A stretch of 63,976 nt of DNA, filler included, from Lenisia limosa (taxonomy: Eukaryota; Protista; Breviatea), in the NCBI GenBank assembly GCA_001655205.1. It is 10 parts of 10 records of this genome, joined end to end, with 100 filler letters (N's around TTAATTAATTAA, not from the genome) between each part and the next. Parts side by side here need not be neighbours in the genome. Positions count along the whole stretch, not along the records: positions 37,735 to 52,136 come from LPNZ01009442.1; positions 52,237 to 57,733 come from LPNZ01010068.1; positions 57,834 to 62,822 come from LPNZ01010791.1; positions 62,923 to 63,976 come from LPNZ01004808.1; 6 more parts are not named here. One strand, written 5' to 3'. Within the stretch, counting starts at the first letter, position 1; each line of letters begins with the position of its first letter. This document shows, piece after piece, positions 50,601-63,099 of this stretch. A program made the position numbers and the translations under genes. The notes beneath the pieces were generated by a model. It did no database searches. It was not told where the DNA came from and worked only from the letters and a program-made list of their open reading frames with translations.

Positions 50601-50690
50601 AAATACATATCGATATAAATTAAGACACCTTGTTCTCACAAACCACAAACCATTGTTCTCACAAACCACAAACCAGTTTTTCTAATCCAT
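44680..50690 (+). CDS. INTS7: Integrator complex subunit 7-like HEAT-repeat protein; start and end approximate
   Basis: Exons GLQSSDKSLVVSALPFLPKILKLHPTIEVAVLVFQRLSDAISN/DNSVRQQVLQF and LSEADDPVTRTVGIRLLGHFALALPD parallel the recalled INTS7 N-terminus (GLRSGKLGEQCEAVVRFPRLFQKYPFP...LKLADVF...NNFLRLCVL; IHSNDPVARAITLRMLGSLA). LLHLVKSAYPS parallels LLQQLVTSYPS. The comparison is from memory, not a database search. Confidence 0.6.
46558..46675 (+). repeat. 39-bp tandem repeat, ~3 copies (intronic)
   Basis: TTATCCCTCACTTAGGCACGAACGATCATCCTTGACAC-like units; the ORF track shows TLIPSLRHERSSL repeated. Confidence 0.85.
47601..48024. mobile_element. Non-autonomous TIR element, 424 bp, in an INTS7-like gene intron
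   Basis: Perfect 16-bp TIR GGGGACCTAAGATGTA / TACATCTTAGGTCCCC flanked by AT on both sides. The inverted repeat extends to 20 bp if GTAT/ATAC is included. Confidence 0.7.
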
Positions 50691-50769
50691 AATCGTTGCT
50701 CTACTTAATGGCTAACCACCTTGTTTCAGTCCTCTTGATATACTAAATATAATTATTTACTGGGAACAC

Positions 50770-52130
50770 TTATCCTGACTCATGAAGCACCCGACCCGGG
50801 CGGAAGGAGCTCGTGACAATGAGTGATAAAGCCAGCTGCCTATCTCGGGACATTGTGACGGTCCTTGTGAAGTCGTTCCTCTTTGTCGACAAATTCACGA
50901 AAGAGGTGAGGAGGGGGGGGGGGTAGAAGNNNNNNNNNNNNNNNNNNNNNNNNNNNNNNNNNNNNNNNNNNNNNNNNNNNNNNNNNNNNNNNNNNNNNNN
51001 NNNNNNNNNNNNNNNNNNNNNNNNNNNNNNNNNNNNNNNNNNNNNNNNNNNNNNNNNNNNNNNNNNNNNNNNNNNNNNNNNNNNNNNNNNNNNNNNNNNN
51101 CTCCCCATCCCACTGATGAACCTGCCTTATATGTGTGTAAATATGAAATAAGAAATGAGTGTTCATATGTTTAAGCAACTTTAGTGTTGGAACAGACAGC
51201 TTTAATGTATACAGCGCGATAATGTTATTTCATGAGGGAATAAAATACTACCCAGTTGCCTACAGAATAATATCGTTTTGTTGCGCTTTTCATTTGATCA
51301 ACTGCACACGACAAATTATCTGTATTGGTTAACATGTTTTGTATTGATCAAAATAATCTGTTTGGAAACTTCCTTGAATTCCTGACAGCTGGAAGTTTAC
51401 CCCGTTTTCAAATGCATACATATCTATATGATATACCATATTGTATACGTAATATTCATACAATATCATATTTTACTGGAATTGTTAGGATAGAAGTAAA
51501 GCCTGACCTGAAAAGAAAAACCTACACAGATATCTCCTGCTCCCAACATATCACTACAATACTCCATTTTCCACTCATCTTGAGTAGCATTTACCGCCTC
51601 CTCCAGCTTTGCCTTGCGCTCTCAGCAGGCTGCACGGTTCTTGCAGCAGCGGCTACAGTCACGTCTAATAGTATCATGTCACTCCCCGACCCCCCGCATC
51701 CTGAGTTGGACGTGGATCTGCCAAACACTTTGTTTGCCCTCCCTTCGTCTTTAGGCTCCCTTCACGGTCCTCCAATGTCAACTGGTGGGGGGGGGGGGNN
51801 NNNNNNNNNNNNNNNNNNNNNNNNNNNNNNNNNNNNNNNNNNNNNNNNNNNNNNNNNNNNNNNNNNNNNNNNNNNNNNNNNNNNACTGAATAATTTAAAG
51901 GGGGAAAGAGATATCCACTCAAGTTCTAATCATGTTTAAGAGAATAAGCATAGTCAATTCATTATTGATATATTCTAAAGCCTTACTCTTTCCCTCACAA
52001 CATAGCCCCCCTCTCCGTTGCAGTGCCATCGCAAGTTTCTACCATCCTCAATTGGGGAAACAACGTGCCGACTGCAACCAACTACTGTTCCCTCGTTATC
52101 GAAACTGCCCAGATCCTCTCAAAAGCCTCC
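50770..52130 (+). CDS. Isolated exons of an unknown gene
   Basis: ELVTMSDKASCLSRDIVTVLVKSFLFVDKFTKE ends at a GTGAG donor (50906). A second exon at ~51590-51785 ends at a GT donor followed by a G-run. Confidence 0.25.
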
Positions 52131-52984
52131 CTCCCCNNNNNNNNNNNNNNNNNNNNNNNNNNNNNNNNNNNNNNNNNNNNTTAATTAATTAANNNNNNNN
52201 NNNNNNNNNNNNNNNNNNNNNNNNNNNNNNNNNNNNCTTGCATGAAACGCTTAGTTCTAGAACTCATGCGCACCGTAGGCGGCCCAATGCTAAAAATGGT
52301 TAGTGATATTTTTAGGGACTCACTTCCGATACCAAAAAAGACTGAATTCTAGATAAATCCTCGATTAATAGCGATATTTTGTCAAGCTCTAGGTATTTTG
52401 TTTCCACAGTTTGTTTAAAATAAACACATGAGGGTTGAGAACAACAAAACAAAGACCAGACCAGTCGCTTCTGCAGCACCGCATCCCATCAGTAAACTAA
52501 AATAAACCAAACATATTAAAATCCTCTTCGTGTACGTACACTGACCACGATGAGTCCTGACACGAATACTGAGCTTTATTCCCAGTCAGTGTGTTAGGTC
52601 TAATCAAGGTCACTGTATTTTCTCAATGGATTCAAAAGGAAATACTCACAAAGAATAATTGCCAAAAATACTCTATCATATATGATACGTGCACACCAGC
52701 AAATAAAAAGCAATTCACCTTACCACCTCCCCCCACTTTTGAGACAACATTTGTCGTTCTGAGAAGTTAAAAAAGCATTGTGCAAATCGGTTGAAGATGA
52801 ACAGAAAGAATAATATAGTATATAAAAAAAGGATATGTAAGCTGAGTGCGATGTGTCCTGGTACTGATATTGAGCTTGTTCTTAGTAACTCGTATTAGGA
52901 CTTATCGCGGTCAGTGTGTGTTAGTCACAGGGATGACCGAAAAATGGTGGAAATCAAAGCATCAGAATGACAAATCAAGAAGAA

Positions 52985-54270
52985 CAAGTTCGGATATCGA
53001 AGAAGAGTTCTGCTGTTTCATGCTTACGGGTTGACACCAGGAAATCTGCTTTTGGCTTGGCGAAGGCAGTCATTTTACCCTGAAGTTTTAGTCAATTGAT
53101 TCTCCCTGCTCTTCTAATAGTTCTAAACCCCTTCCCCAATTAATAAAAAAAGAACTTGTCAAAAAGGCAAAATAAACCCTTTATGATAGAAGGCAAGTTT
53201 TAAGCCTTCATACCACTCCAAGATGTTTAAGCATTTCCATCAGCTTTTTCGCATCTGTGCCGGAGACAATAATGTGATTAGACGCCTTGCGCAGTCTCCT
53301 CACATGTGACTTTGTCAGTTCTTGGGGGGCTGAATCAAGTTAGCAATAAGTTTTCAAGGGGAAACGATTCTTAAATACACTATAATAACATGCTTCCACT
53401 CCATAGAAAGAGTAGGGGAAAAATGGAATGTTTTAAAAAACAACACACAGGAAGAAGACCTTCCAGGAATCTCAATGGACGAGAATGAACACTGAAAGGA
53501 CTCTCAAAAACCTCAACAGTTACATATCATTTTGCTGAAAACCAAAGAACTGAAGAAGACAACTGCCCAACTGCAAAAGATTTCCCATGGAAAACGTATA
53601 CAACGCAACAAAACCCCATTGAGAGAAAACGACCCCCTTCCTGCAGACCATTTTGAGTCCTTGACTGGCTGAACGAATGGTGCGGTGGGGGCAAAGACTG
53701 CAAGGTGACAACGATAATGCGTCCAGTTTAGTGTTATACAACATTATATGAAGTTAAAGAGGCACAGAGGGGGGATGGAGAGAGCCAGGGAGTGCAATGC
53801 AAGAATAACGATGAATTTGTGAGATGATGGAGACTTACTTGCCGCCTTGCCTGTGACATCCTTGGCTTTTTTCTCTGGTTCTCTAAAGAAACAAGACGGC
53901 GTGAACGCCAGCCCCTTTTAACGAAGAGTTAGCTCCCACAAAAGATTATTGAACAACACCATGATCACGCCACCCTCCAATTATACAATGGTGTTAGCAA
54001 GTAACAGATTTAAAAAGGAATTAGAGAAGCGAGGCGGCGTAAACAAAGGGAACAGAATCGGAAGTTGTCGGAGGTTCAGTTCAATGTCTTTTGCCTCTCC
54101 CATTAAAAACAACAAAACACCACAACACCGTTACACCGTGACAGAGACCTTACGACCGTACACTTTGAGCCTTAATCCTTGCCTTCTCCACCTCAAGTCC
54201 CAAGATCATCCGAGTCCAGATGAAGCCCCTCATTGTTCTCCTTGCTTTCGTTGTAATACAGGTTAGTCAA
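52985..54270 (-). CDS. Multi-exon unknown basic protein with IQ-like segments
   Basis: Exons RTMRGFIWTRMILG, LRQLPILFPLFTPPRF, GWRSRRLVSLENQRKKAK and PQELTKSHVRRLRKASNHIIVSGTDAKKLMEMLKHLGV carry GT/AG boundaries. Confidence 0.3.
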
Positions 54271-54967
54271 GGAGGAATATATATCTTAGATATATCTGGA
54301 ATATACTTACAATTAATTCAAGATTTTTTTTTTTTGTTGGAGGAAACGATACTCTAACTACGTAAGATTTTATTGCTATGTTTTTAATGTTCTTTTTCAA
54401 TCTTCATGTTTCTCATGAGCCAACAGAGATAGGGTCTAAATATAAACAAGTTTATCAGAGTTAATTATTGTGTTATTTTTGTTTCAAATTTTCCATTTTT
54501 GCTCCCCGTTTGGAGTTTCAGGTTATTCTGTTTGTGATTGTTCCTTTATACCAATACGCGTCATCGAAATTTCCTTCGTTTTACTCCCCCCTCACAGACA
54601 TTAGGCTTTCAAGTGACGCTCGATGGCGGCTTTGAGTCCTCCAGTACAGTCAAGGCGAATAACTTCGTTACCAATCAAGGCAGCTTGAATGACGTTTGAC
54701 GGGCACTTTTTGGGTCATTTTTACTCTTGTAAGTTTTAATCATTATCCACAGTGAAATGGTATCTCTGTGATAATTGACAAATAAGTGTCAATGATACAC
54801 TCGGGATGATATTCGTGTTATCTCTCTTCAGCATTTCGAGTCTCACTTTATACCCATTTGGTGGACTTCTTGTAGACTTCTCTCATTTATTACCGGACCC
54901 ACCACACACACTTTTACGCTGCTATTCATCATCGAAATTTACTTCGTTTTACTCCCCCCTCCCCTGT

Positions 54968-55078
54968 ATGCTGCTGCAGAAGTGACTGGCCTGGGCTTTG
55001 TTTGTTTTGCTGTTATCAACCCTTGTGTGTTGTCAGCCAACAGAGTTGATTTGGGTTTTTTTTTGTTTCATAAATCAG
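54968..55078 (+). repeat. Representative of a dispersed ~125-bp non-TIR repeat family
   Basis: Consensus GTGATGGGATGCGGTGCTGCAGAAGCGACTGGCCTGGGCTTTGTTTGTTTTGTTGTTATCAACCCTCGTGTGTT-CAGCCAACAGAGTTGATTTGGGYTTTTTGTTTCATAAATT. Copies on + at ~1017, 2672, 4980, 5955, 48150, 54968, 57860, 58698 and 62973; on - at ~1630-1709, 11435-11515, 13220-13290, 23780, 24870-24970, 25093-25142 and 52395-52490. Confidence 0.85.
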
Positions 55079-56072
55079 CAACCACCTAGTTTTCCTTATA
55101 TGAGAACCTCGATTTATCAACGAGAAACAATTTTATGAGGGGGTATACTTGGTGGTAGGGCTTTACTTCGGTTTGAAAAAGACGGGTAAAATATCGATAG
55201 TTTTCGAGGATTTATCGAGAAATTCAGTCTTTTTTCGAGCCGAAGTGAAGCCTTGATGGTGGTATGGGGTCCAACCACCTAATCCCCCCCCCCCCCCNNN
55301 NNNNNNNNNNNNNNNNNNNNNNNNNNNNNNNNNNNNNNNNNNNNNNNNNNNNNNNNNNNNNNNNNNNNNNNNNNNNNNNNNNNNNNNNNNNNNNNNNNNN
55401 NNNNNNNNNNNNNNGGAATTCCCAATTAAGATTCCTTAATTTTCGAATTCCACATTCCAAAGAAAGATGTTTTTTTTGTTGGTCTTTTTTATTTATTTGT
55501 TCAACTAATATATACGTCTCACCCCCATGGTAACCATCGTGTGTTGCAAGTCAATATATTTAATTTTGTGCTTTTTTTTTGTTTCATAATTTCTCCTTTT
55601 ATTTCCCAGGTTATAGCCTCTATCGTAGGAATACAGGAGTCCTTAGCTAACCTCACGGCCAAAGTGGACAAATTACAAGAAAAGTGTTCCGACAACATCA
55701 GCTCTTGCTACACTTTCAATGATTATCGTAGGATGGCTGGGCAAATGATTGGGTGCTTCAACGCGATTGAGTGTATGACTTTGGTCAACTACTCAAAGAC
55801 CGTCAAAATCTATATTTATTGAGGATTTATACCATGAAACCCTCAAAACTCTTGAAAAACTCCAATGATAATAATAAAAAAAATCGATATTTTAGCCAAG
55901 CACTAATTTTTACTCTTCAGGCGAGTGGCGCCTTGTTTGGCAAATGCTTGATGACTCTGCCCCCCCTCATACTAGTAAGCCGGTAGTAGAGCAACGTAGT
56001 CCAAACTTCTAATTTAACCAAATTGTTGGGGCTTCACATTTTCAGCTTACTTTGCTCTGATAAACTTATCAT

Positions 56073-56174
56073 TAGGGCTTCACTTCGGTTCGAAAAAAAA
56101 ACTGAATTTCTCGTTAAATCCTCGAAAACTATCGATCTTTTCCCGAGTTTTTTTGAACCGAAGTGAAGCCCGTA
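56073..56174. mobile_element. Representative of an abundant ~75-100 bp palindromic MITE family
   Basis: TIR GGGCTTCACTTCGGTTC(G)AAAAAA / TTTTTTGAACCGAAGTGAAGCCC around a core of ATATCGAT/TTATCGAG motifs. Full or near-full copies at ~5866-5960, 39546-39618, 39970-40063, 40181-40260, 55156-55254, 57436-57525, 60108-60192, 60686-60776 and 60833-60916. Partial copies at ~4065, 5747, 7578, 9399, 15100, 52316, 57284, 58030 and 62764. Confidence 0.85.
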
Positions 56175-58429
56175 TCAGTAGGTTTCGCACTGAAGCCTCA
56201 TATTACTTTTTGGATCATTTTCACACGTGTTTAATATAATTATCCACGCAGTAGTTACCCGATAAGTCTCAGTGTTACTCTGATCCACTCAGGATGAACC
56301 CTCGTGTCATAGGATCATGTCACGAGTGGATATTGTTAACCTTACTATATATGTAACACTACTGGGGAGGCACGCCAGCTGTGCACATAGTTTTGTACTA
56401 TTACACTATTATCCAATATCTTTTATATGTGGCCAATACGCAAAATGTAACAGTACTATTGCACTAAACCTCCAGACTACCTTGACTATTCCGCCCAAAT
56501 ATCAGGCGTGATTTCTCTGGGTGACTGGAACAAAATGGTTGCAACAAGTGTTTGCGGAGGGTACCGAGTATTGGAGGGGGATTAGACTGATCAATGGACA
56601 CAGAAGAAGGACGACCTCATTATTTATTATTATCTCATAATCCAATCCTCTTATTAGCGTGATGTTGTTGACGCTTCACGCCAGATATCTCCTTTTTTTT
56701 AACTTCTAATCTCCATGTTGTATCAAATGACGTCTATCTTTCACAATTTAGATTGAGCTGCTATTCATAGGCCTACCAAGCAGAGGTGCTATTACGCAGG
56801 GTCTTGACCTCTCAACTGTGGATTATATCAAAATGTTGACCAGTGTTGCCACCGACCCCTCTAAAGTGAGGGGGGGAGGGTCTGGAATTAGGATTTGGAA
56901 AATGAATGAATTTCTCAGAAATCCTCGATAAATAGCAATATCTCGCTGGCTGTTTTCGGATCGCAGGGAATCCCTATTTATAAGCGTGATGGTTTGGACG
57001 GCCTCGGGAAGAGACTGACTTCTTCTCAATATCCCAATACTATCTAATCCAATTACTCTTATAAGTGTGATGGTGTGGACGGCTTTCTCATTGATATATC
57101 CCAATATTAGTCTCATATTGTAGATGAACTGCCAAGCATTTTCTACAGTGACTCTACCTGGTATTTGAGGGGGGGGGGGGCATTCAGAAAGCTATAACTC
57201 AGGGAGTTGNNNNNNNNNNNNNNNNNNNNNNNNNNNNNNNNNNNNNNNNNNNNNNNNNNNNNNNNNNNNNNNNNNTATGATTGGGGCTTCTCTTCGGTTC
57301 GAAAAAGACTGGTTAAATCGATAGTTTTACATATGATGCTCATAATATATTTTTTAAAAAAAGAGTGTATAGATGGGCTTTGACCAGGTCTCGCGAAATA
57401 GTTTTTGAAAAGATCATACTATAAGTGTAATAGTTAGGGCTTCCCTCCGGTCTTAAAAAAGACCGAGTATCTCGATAAATCCTCGATAAATATCCATATT
57501 TTAACGGTCTTTTTCGGACCGTGGGTTCGACAGATCTGAGTGATTTAAAACAATCTCGATGAGTGTTCCAGAGTTTTGAACAAATGTAATTATGTATGTG
57601 TATATATGTACAGCTTGGTAATCTTCGTGAAACAGATGCGTCTTGGACCAATCAATCAAAACCATTTACCGTTTCCCTCGTTTATTTAATATTTTCAGTC
57701 GTCCATCAGGAAGTTTCGGGCTGTTTAATCTCTNNNNNNNNNNNNNNNNNNNNNNNNNNNNNNNNNNNNNNNNNNNNTTAATTAATTAANNNNNNNNNNN
57801 NNNNNNNNNNNNNNNNNNNNNNNNNNNNNNNNNATTTAACATCCTTGTCTGTATGCTAAAGTGATGGGATGCGGTGCGGCAGAAGCGACTGGCCGTTTGT
57901 TTTGTTGTTATTAACCTTTATGTGTTATCAGCCAACAGTGTTGGTTTTGGGCTTGTTTGTTTCATTAATTTTACATTTTTACTCCGTTATCTATACGTCC
58001 TTATAAGTAATTCCCTGCTGTCCCAATAAACTGAATTTCTCGATAAATCCTCGATAAATATCGATATTTGACAGGTCTCTTTTGGAACATAGGGAAGAAT
58101 CCTCCCCACCCTGGTTGTGGGACTCTTCAAAGGCTGGCTCGGGATTGTTTTTTTTTGCTGTTTTTGTCATTTGTTTTTTTCTAGTTTTAGCGTTGGTTGC
58201 TCATGTTTGTTATTGCTTGTGTTTTGTTTTTTGTTTGTTTGGAGTTTCTGATCATTATGTTCGTGATACTTTTACGTTACCGTTCTTAGTTTCACTCCTC
58301 CCCCCTCAGACACCCCTCTTCANNNNNNNNNNNNNNNNNNNNNNNNNNNNNNNNNNNNNNNNNNNNNNNNNNNNNNNNNNNNNNNNNNNNNNNNNNNNNN
58401 NNNNNNNNNNNNNNNNNNNNNNNNNNNNN

Positions 58430-61400
58430 NNNNNGCTCTCGTTCCATGAGGAAATCAAAACCTCCGTCAGTGCGACTTCATGCTCCGTTTCTGCTGCATC
58501 TGTGGGTTATATGGGGTTATATGATCATATTATACTATGTCATACTGTGTGTGTGTGGGTGGTGATATTTTGGTGTTGTGTGTTTTGGGAATAACTAAAC
58601 AATTACATAAAATAGTCTATCAAGGACATATTAATATTATTGCATGAGGATGGAGGAAGTCAAAGCGTCCAAGAGTGTCACATTTTCCAATTTTTACGTG
58701 ATGGGATGTGGAAGCGACTGGCCAGGGCTTTGTTTGTTTTGTTGTTATCAATCAACNNNNNNNNNNNNNNNNNNNNNNNNNNNNNNNNNNNNNNNNNNNN
58801 NNNNNNNNNNNNNNNNNNNNNNNNNNNNNNNNNNNNNNNNNNNNNNNNNNNNNNNNNNNNNNNNNNNNNNNNNNNNNNNNNNNNNNNNNNNNNNNNNNNN
58901 NNNNNNNNNNNNNNNNNNNNNNNNNNNNNNNNNNNNNNNNNNNNNNNNNNTCCTTCAGGTCAGCTCTCAAGTCAGCGTCGGTGGTTCCGCGGGGCTCGTA
59001 ATTACCCCGATTCCGGCGCCGCATTCTTCGGAATTTTTGTTTTGTCCGAGTTTTGCGTTTACCACAACCAGGTGGGTTAGTATGCACGGGTGAACTATCA
59101 TTTTACACGCGGTGATATGACACATCATATCCACTCGTAATTGACTGACAAGTCTCAATGATACTCTGATACACTCGGGATGAACCCTCGTGTTAGCTTC
59201 GTTCATCATTTTGACTCGAAAGTCGGTCATATGATCATATCACTAGTGGATATGGGTTAACATATTTATCCAGGGGAGTAGTACAACCTTGTTTTTTATT
59301 TCTCATTGCTATATGGGCAACATGTTAAACCCTCCCAGGTTAATCCAGACGTTACGGACGAACATGTCAGTTCAGTTCCAACGTGCTCCAAACCAAGCCC
59401 CTCTCCTGCGCCACCTTATGCAACATAAAACAATCAAGGGGGTTCCATCATCCGAGCTTCTCACCACCATCCCGATTCTTTCTCTCGGCCTGGCTCGGAT
59501 ATTGCCCGGACCGTTTGGATTTATCCCGGTTTTGGACCTGGCTATAAACCCCCGGTTGCCACGCTGCCGGCTTAACTTCGTCAAGCCTTCCAAATACGGA
59601 ACTACCACAATTGGGTTTTCGGTGTCATCTCAAGCGCCGTCGGCAACCGTGACGTTTTCCCTCATTACCCGTCCCAATGACCCTGACGCAGCCGCCGTGG
59701 TTTTGGCAAGGCTTCAGTCCGTAATGGGCAAGTCCGTTGCAACACTGTTACAGGATGCTTTGGCAGAAGTGTCAACTACTCTGGATGTTAGTGAAAATGG
59801 TAGGGGGGGGGGGGTGAAAATTTTTCTGGNNNNNNNNNNNNNNNNNNNNNNNNNNNNNNNNNNNNNNNNNNNNNNNNNNNNNNNNNNNNNNNNNNNNNNN
59901 NNNTTTCATAAATGCTCAAATATGTAGCCAACTGAATTATTTTTTGGTTTTTTGTACATTTACAGTAAATTTTCTATTTTCATCTCCATTTAGCGGGAGT
60001 GAGTGTTTCGCTGCACGCACGGCCTGGCCTGGGAACTTCAGTAGCTGTAAACCTTGGGCTAAAGCTGTCTGGGTTTGATGAGGTGAGGGGCGTCATAATA
60101 TATTGTTAGAGCTTCACTTCGCTGATTTTTTTCGATAAATTCTCGAAAACTATCGATATTTTGCCGGTATTTTTCGAACCGAAGGGAAGCGCTGCTACGA
60201 TACAATCCAGTAACATGTATATCCTATAGCGTGATGGTTTTTTGGAGATATCAACCTTGAGTTGAAGCGGTCCGGTTTGATGCGTTTGGTTAAAACTATT
60301 TTATTGTTATGGATAATGTGATATAATCTAGTGATTAATATCATAGTAGCATGATTCAGACTTATAAACGTCATTTATTGTCATGAATCCATTTATCCAT
60401 TCAGTCAATATCCATTACAAAGTTCGGTCACACTTTGACTGTTCCAGTTTCTCTTTTCAGGTATGGGAAGGGGGAATGCAGCGATGTGTGTGTGACATCA
60501 TGTCACCAATATCAGTTGCATTATCTCACCTACATCAGTTTCCTCACCTACATCAGTTGCATCATCTCACCAATATCAGTTGCACCATGTCACCTACATC
60601 AGTTGCATTATCTCACCTACATCAGTTGCATCATCTTACCTACATCAGTTGCATTATCTCACCAACATCAGTTCCATCATCTCTTGGGCTTCCCTACGGT
60701 CCGAAAAAGAACGTAAAATATCGATATTTATCGAAGATTTATCGAAAAATCCAGTCTTTTTTTTGGACCGTAGGGATCATCGTGTCAACTACATCAGTTG
60801 CATCATCTCACCTACATCAGTTTCATCATCCCTAGGGCTTCCTTGCGGTCCGAAAAAGAACGTAGAAATATATCGAGGATTTATCGAGAAATCCAGTCTT
60901 TTTTTGGGACCGTGGGAGGCCGTAATCATCTCACCAATATCAGTTCGATCATTCCGACGCCGCTGCTATCGAGTGCGGTGGCTCTGATCGCCGTATATAT
61001 GGCGCGGAAGGCACCAACTGAGGTTCGCGGACCTGGGGTCTTGATTTTTATGCATTTTTCCTTTTCCTTTTTTCCTTTTTTTTTTGGTATTTTTTTTTTT
61101 GGTATTTTTGGCTTTTTTTGGCTGTTGTTTTATAATGTGAACCAAGTTCCTATTATTCTGTTCCAATATCTCTTATAAGCGTGANNNNNNNNNNNNNNNN
61201 NNNNNNNNNNNNNNNNNNNNNNNNNNNNNNNNNNNNNNNNNNNNNNNNNNNNNNNNNNNNNNNNNNNNNNNNNNNNNNNNNNNNNNNNNNNNNNNNNNNN
61301 NNNNNNNNNNNNNNNNNNAATCCTATTTTTACAATTTCCCCACAGGAGGCAGCTGAAACGCCGATATCTGGGTATCTTGAAGACTTGATGTGAGCCTCCC
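58430..61400 (+). CDS. Multi-exon unknown protein including one large exon (~59340-59799)
   Basis: The exon at 58959-59062 (VSSQVSVGGSAGLVITP) is followed by a 150-aa open exon (LIQTLRTNMSVQFQRAP...DVSENG, donor 59800) and a phase-compatible exon AGVSVSLHARPGLGTSVAVNLGLKLSGFDE. Confidence 0.35.
60504..60945 (+). repeat. 23-bp minisatellite (CACCTACATCAGTTGCATCATCT)n interrupted by two palindromic MITE copies
   Basis: About 8 degenerate units at 60504-60685, MITE 60686-60776, about 2 units, MITE 60833-60916, then a further partial unit. Confidence 0.85.
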
Positions 61401-63099
61401 CCCCCCCCTGAAGTTCCCGACTATCGACGACACTGGTTCAATTGTTGTTTAGGCTCTGAGGTTATGGTGCTGGCATGGAAGTAATGTACGCTGATTTCTG
61501 ATTCNNNNNNNNNNNNNNNNNNNNNNNNNNNNNNNNNNNNNNNNNNNNNNNNNNNNNNNNNNNNNNNNNNNNNNNNNNNNNNNNNNNNNNNNNNNNNNNN
61601 NNNNNNNNNNNNNNNNNNNNNNNNCTTGTTATCCAGTTGTTATCCAGTTTTTGTCTTTGTCATCAATCTTTGTTTTTGCTGGTTTTTTGCAAGGTTTTTT
61701 TTTGCAGTCAAACTGTACACAAGAAACTCCCACAACAAAACAACAGAAACAGGAGGACTTCACGCACCCGAGTACTACCCGAGTTCATTCAATATCCAAC
61801 ATAAACATACATCCACATTACAGTCCAACAATCCATATCTCTCCCACTCACTGCTCATGCTCATGCAGAAAAACAAAATAAAAACACAATAGAAACAAAA
61901 AAACAAAAACACGAAAACAAGTGGAGGGATATGGAGCAAAGCACACACTGAGCACACATGACCGTAAAGTACCGCCCCCCTCCTGATTTTTCGGGATGAA
62001 CATGACAAACAAGATCACCACAAGTGATCATCGATCCCCACCTTTTTGAGGAAAAATTCAAGTTTCTCATACTTCTGTTTTCTTGTGTATTAGGTGGCCT
62101 GTTGATTTAGTTTGAGCGGTAAATTAGAATAGCGTAAGCCAAGAGGAGGAATGCAGTCTTTTGTTTCTTTTGGTTAGTCACCAACAAACACCTAACGTCT
62201 TCCTTCCGGCCTCTCCCCTTTAAAACAGCAACTCTTGCTGAATTGCGTTCGTATCCGGGCTGACAGGGTTCAAACTGGACTGCCGTCCTTTCGACAGCCA
62301 TGAGTGTGAGCGGGGTTTCCCTTTTGTGGTTGCGAGCTATTTTTCGTTATTGATGTTTTTGTTTTTTTCATGATAAAAACTTATTTTACATGATAGAACG
62401 AAACTATTTTACATCATAGTACAAATTTATTTTGCATTATTGCACACGCTTATTCAAACTTCTTTTGCATGCAAGTACAAACTTATTTTGCATTAAAGTA
62501 TACTCTTATTTATATCATAATACGACGTATAATTTATTAAAGTGTGACTTATTTGATATCAAATATCATCGTATGGACTTATTAAGTCAAGTGATTGTAG
62601 ATTCCTATTTTCCTTGAATCACAATCTGGTATTAACATTATGGTGTGGGGAATTAATATGATGGGGAGGTGCGAACACGGAATTGAAGGGAAATGATTGC
62701 GTTAGTTTCTCATGTCAAATTTAATTCATTTTTGTATGCTTTGGGTATCGTGTTAGTGTGGGTAGGCTTCACTTCGGTTCGGAAAAGATAGCTATGTGCT
62801 TTTTGGTTTTTATAAAATAATTNNNNNNNNNNNNNNNNNNNNNNNNNNNNNNNNNNNNNNNNNNNNTTAATTAATTAANNNNNNNNNNNNNNNNNNNNNN
62901 NNNNNNNNNNNNNNNNNNNNNNTCTGTCTGTCTCTCTCTCAATTGTCAAGTTTACTCCCTCCCCCCTTCCTAATGGGATGCGGTGCAGTAGAAGCGACTG
63001 GCCTGGCTTTGTTTGAGTGTTGTTATCAATCCTTGTGGGTTGCTAACTAACAGAGTTGATTTGGCTGTTTTTGTTCAAATTTCACATTCCCCCTCTCCC

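Noticed and set aside
52470-52492. GCACCGCATCCCATCAG in the 125-bp repeat resembles a conserved 5S rRNA segment
   Set aside because: Only ~17 nt match and the flanks do not follow 5S. Insufficient to call 5S or a 5S-derived SINE without an Infernal search.
54608-54720. Minus-strand peptide KKCPSNVIQAALIGNEVIRLDCTGGLKAAIERHLKA*
   Set aside because: No start codon or credible acceptor and not matched to a family I recognise. The plus strand has an equally plausible exon.
60504-60945. CRISPR-like appearance of 23-bp repeats with inserts
   Set aside because: Repeats are directly adjacent with no unique spacers, the inserts are MITEs, there are no cas genes and the context is eukaryotic.
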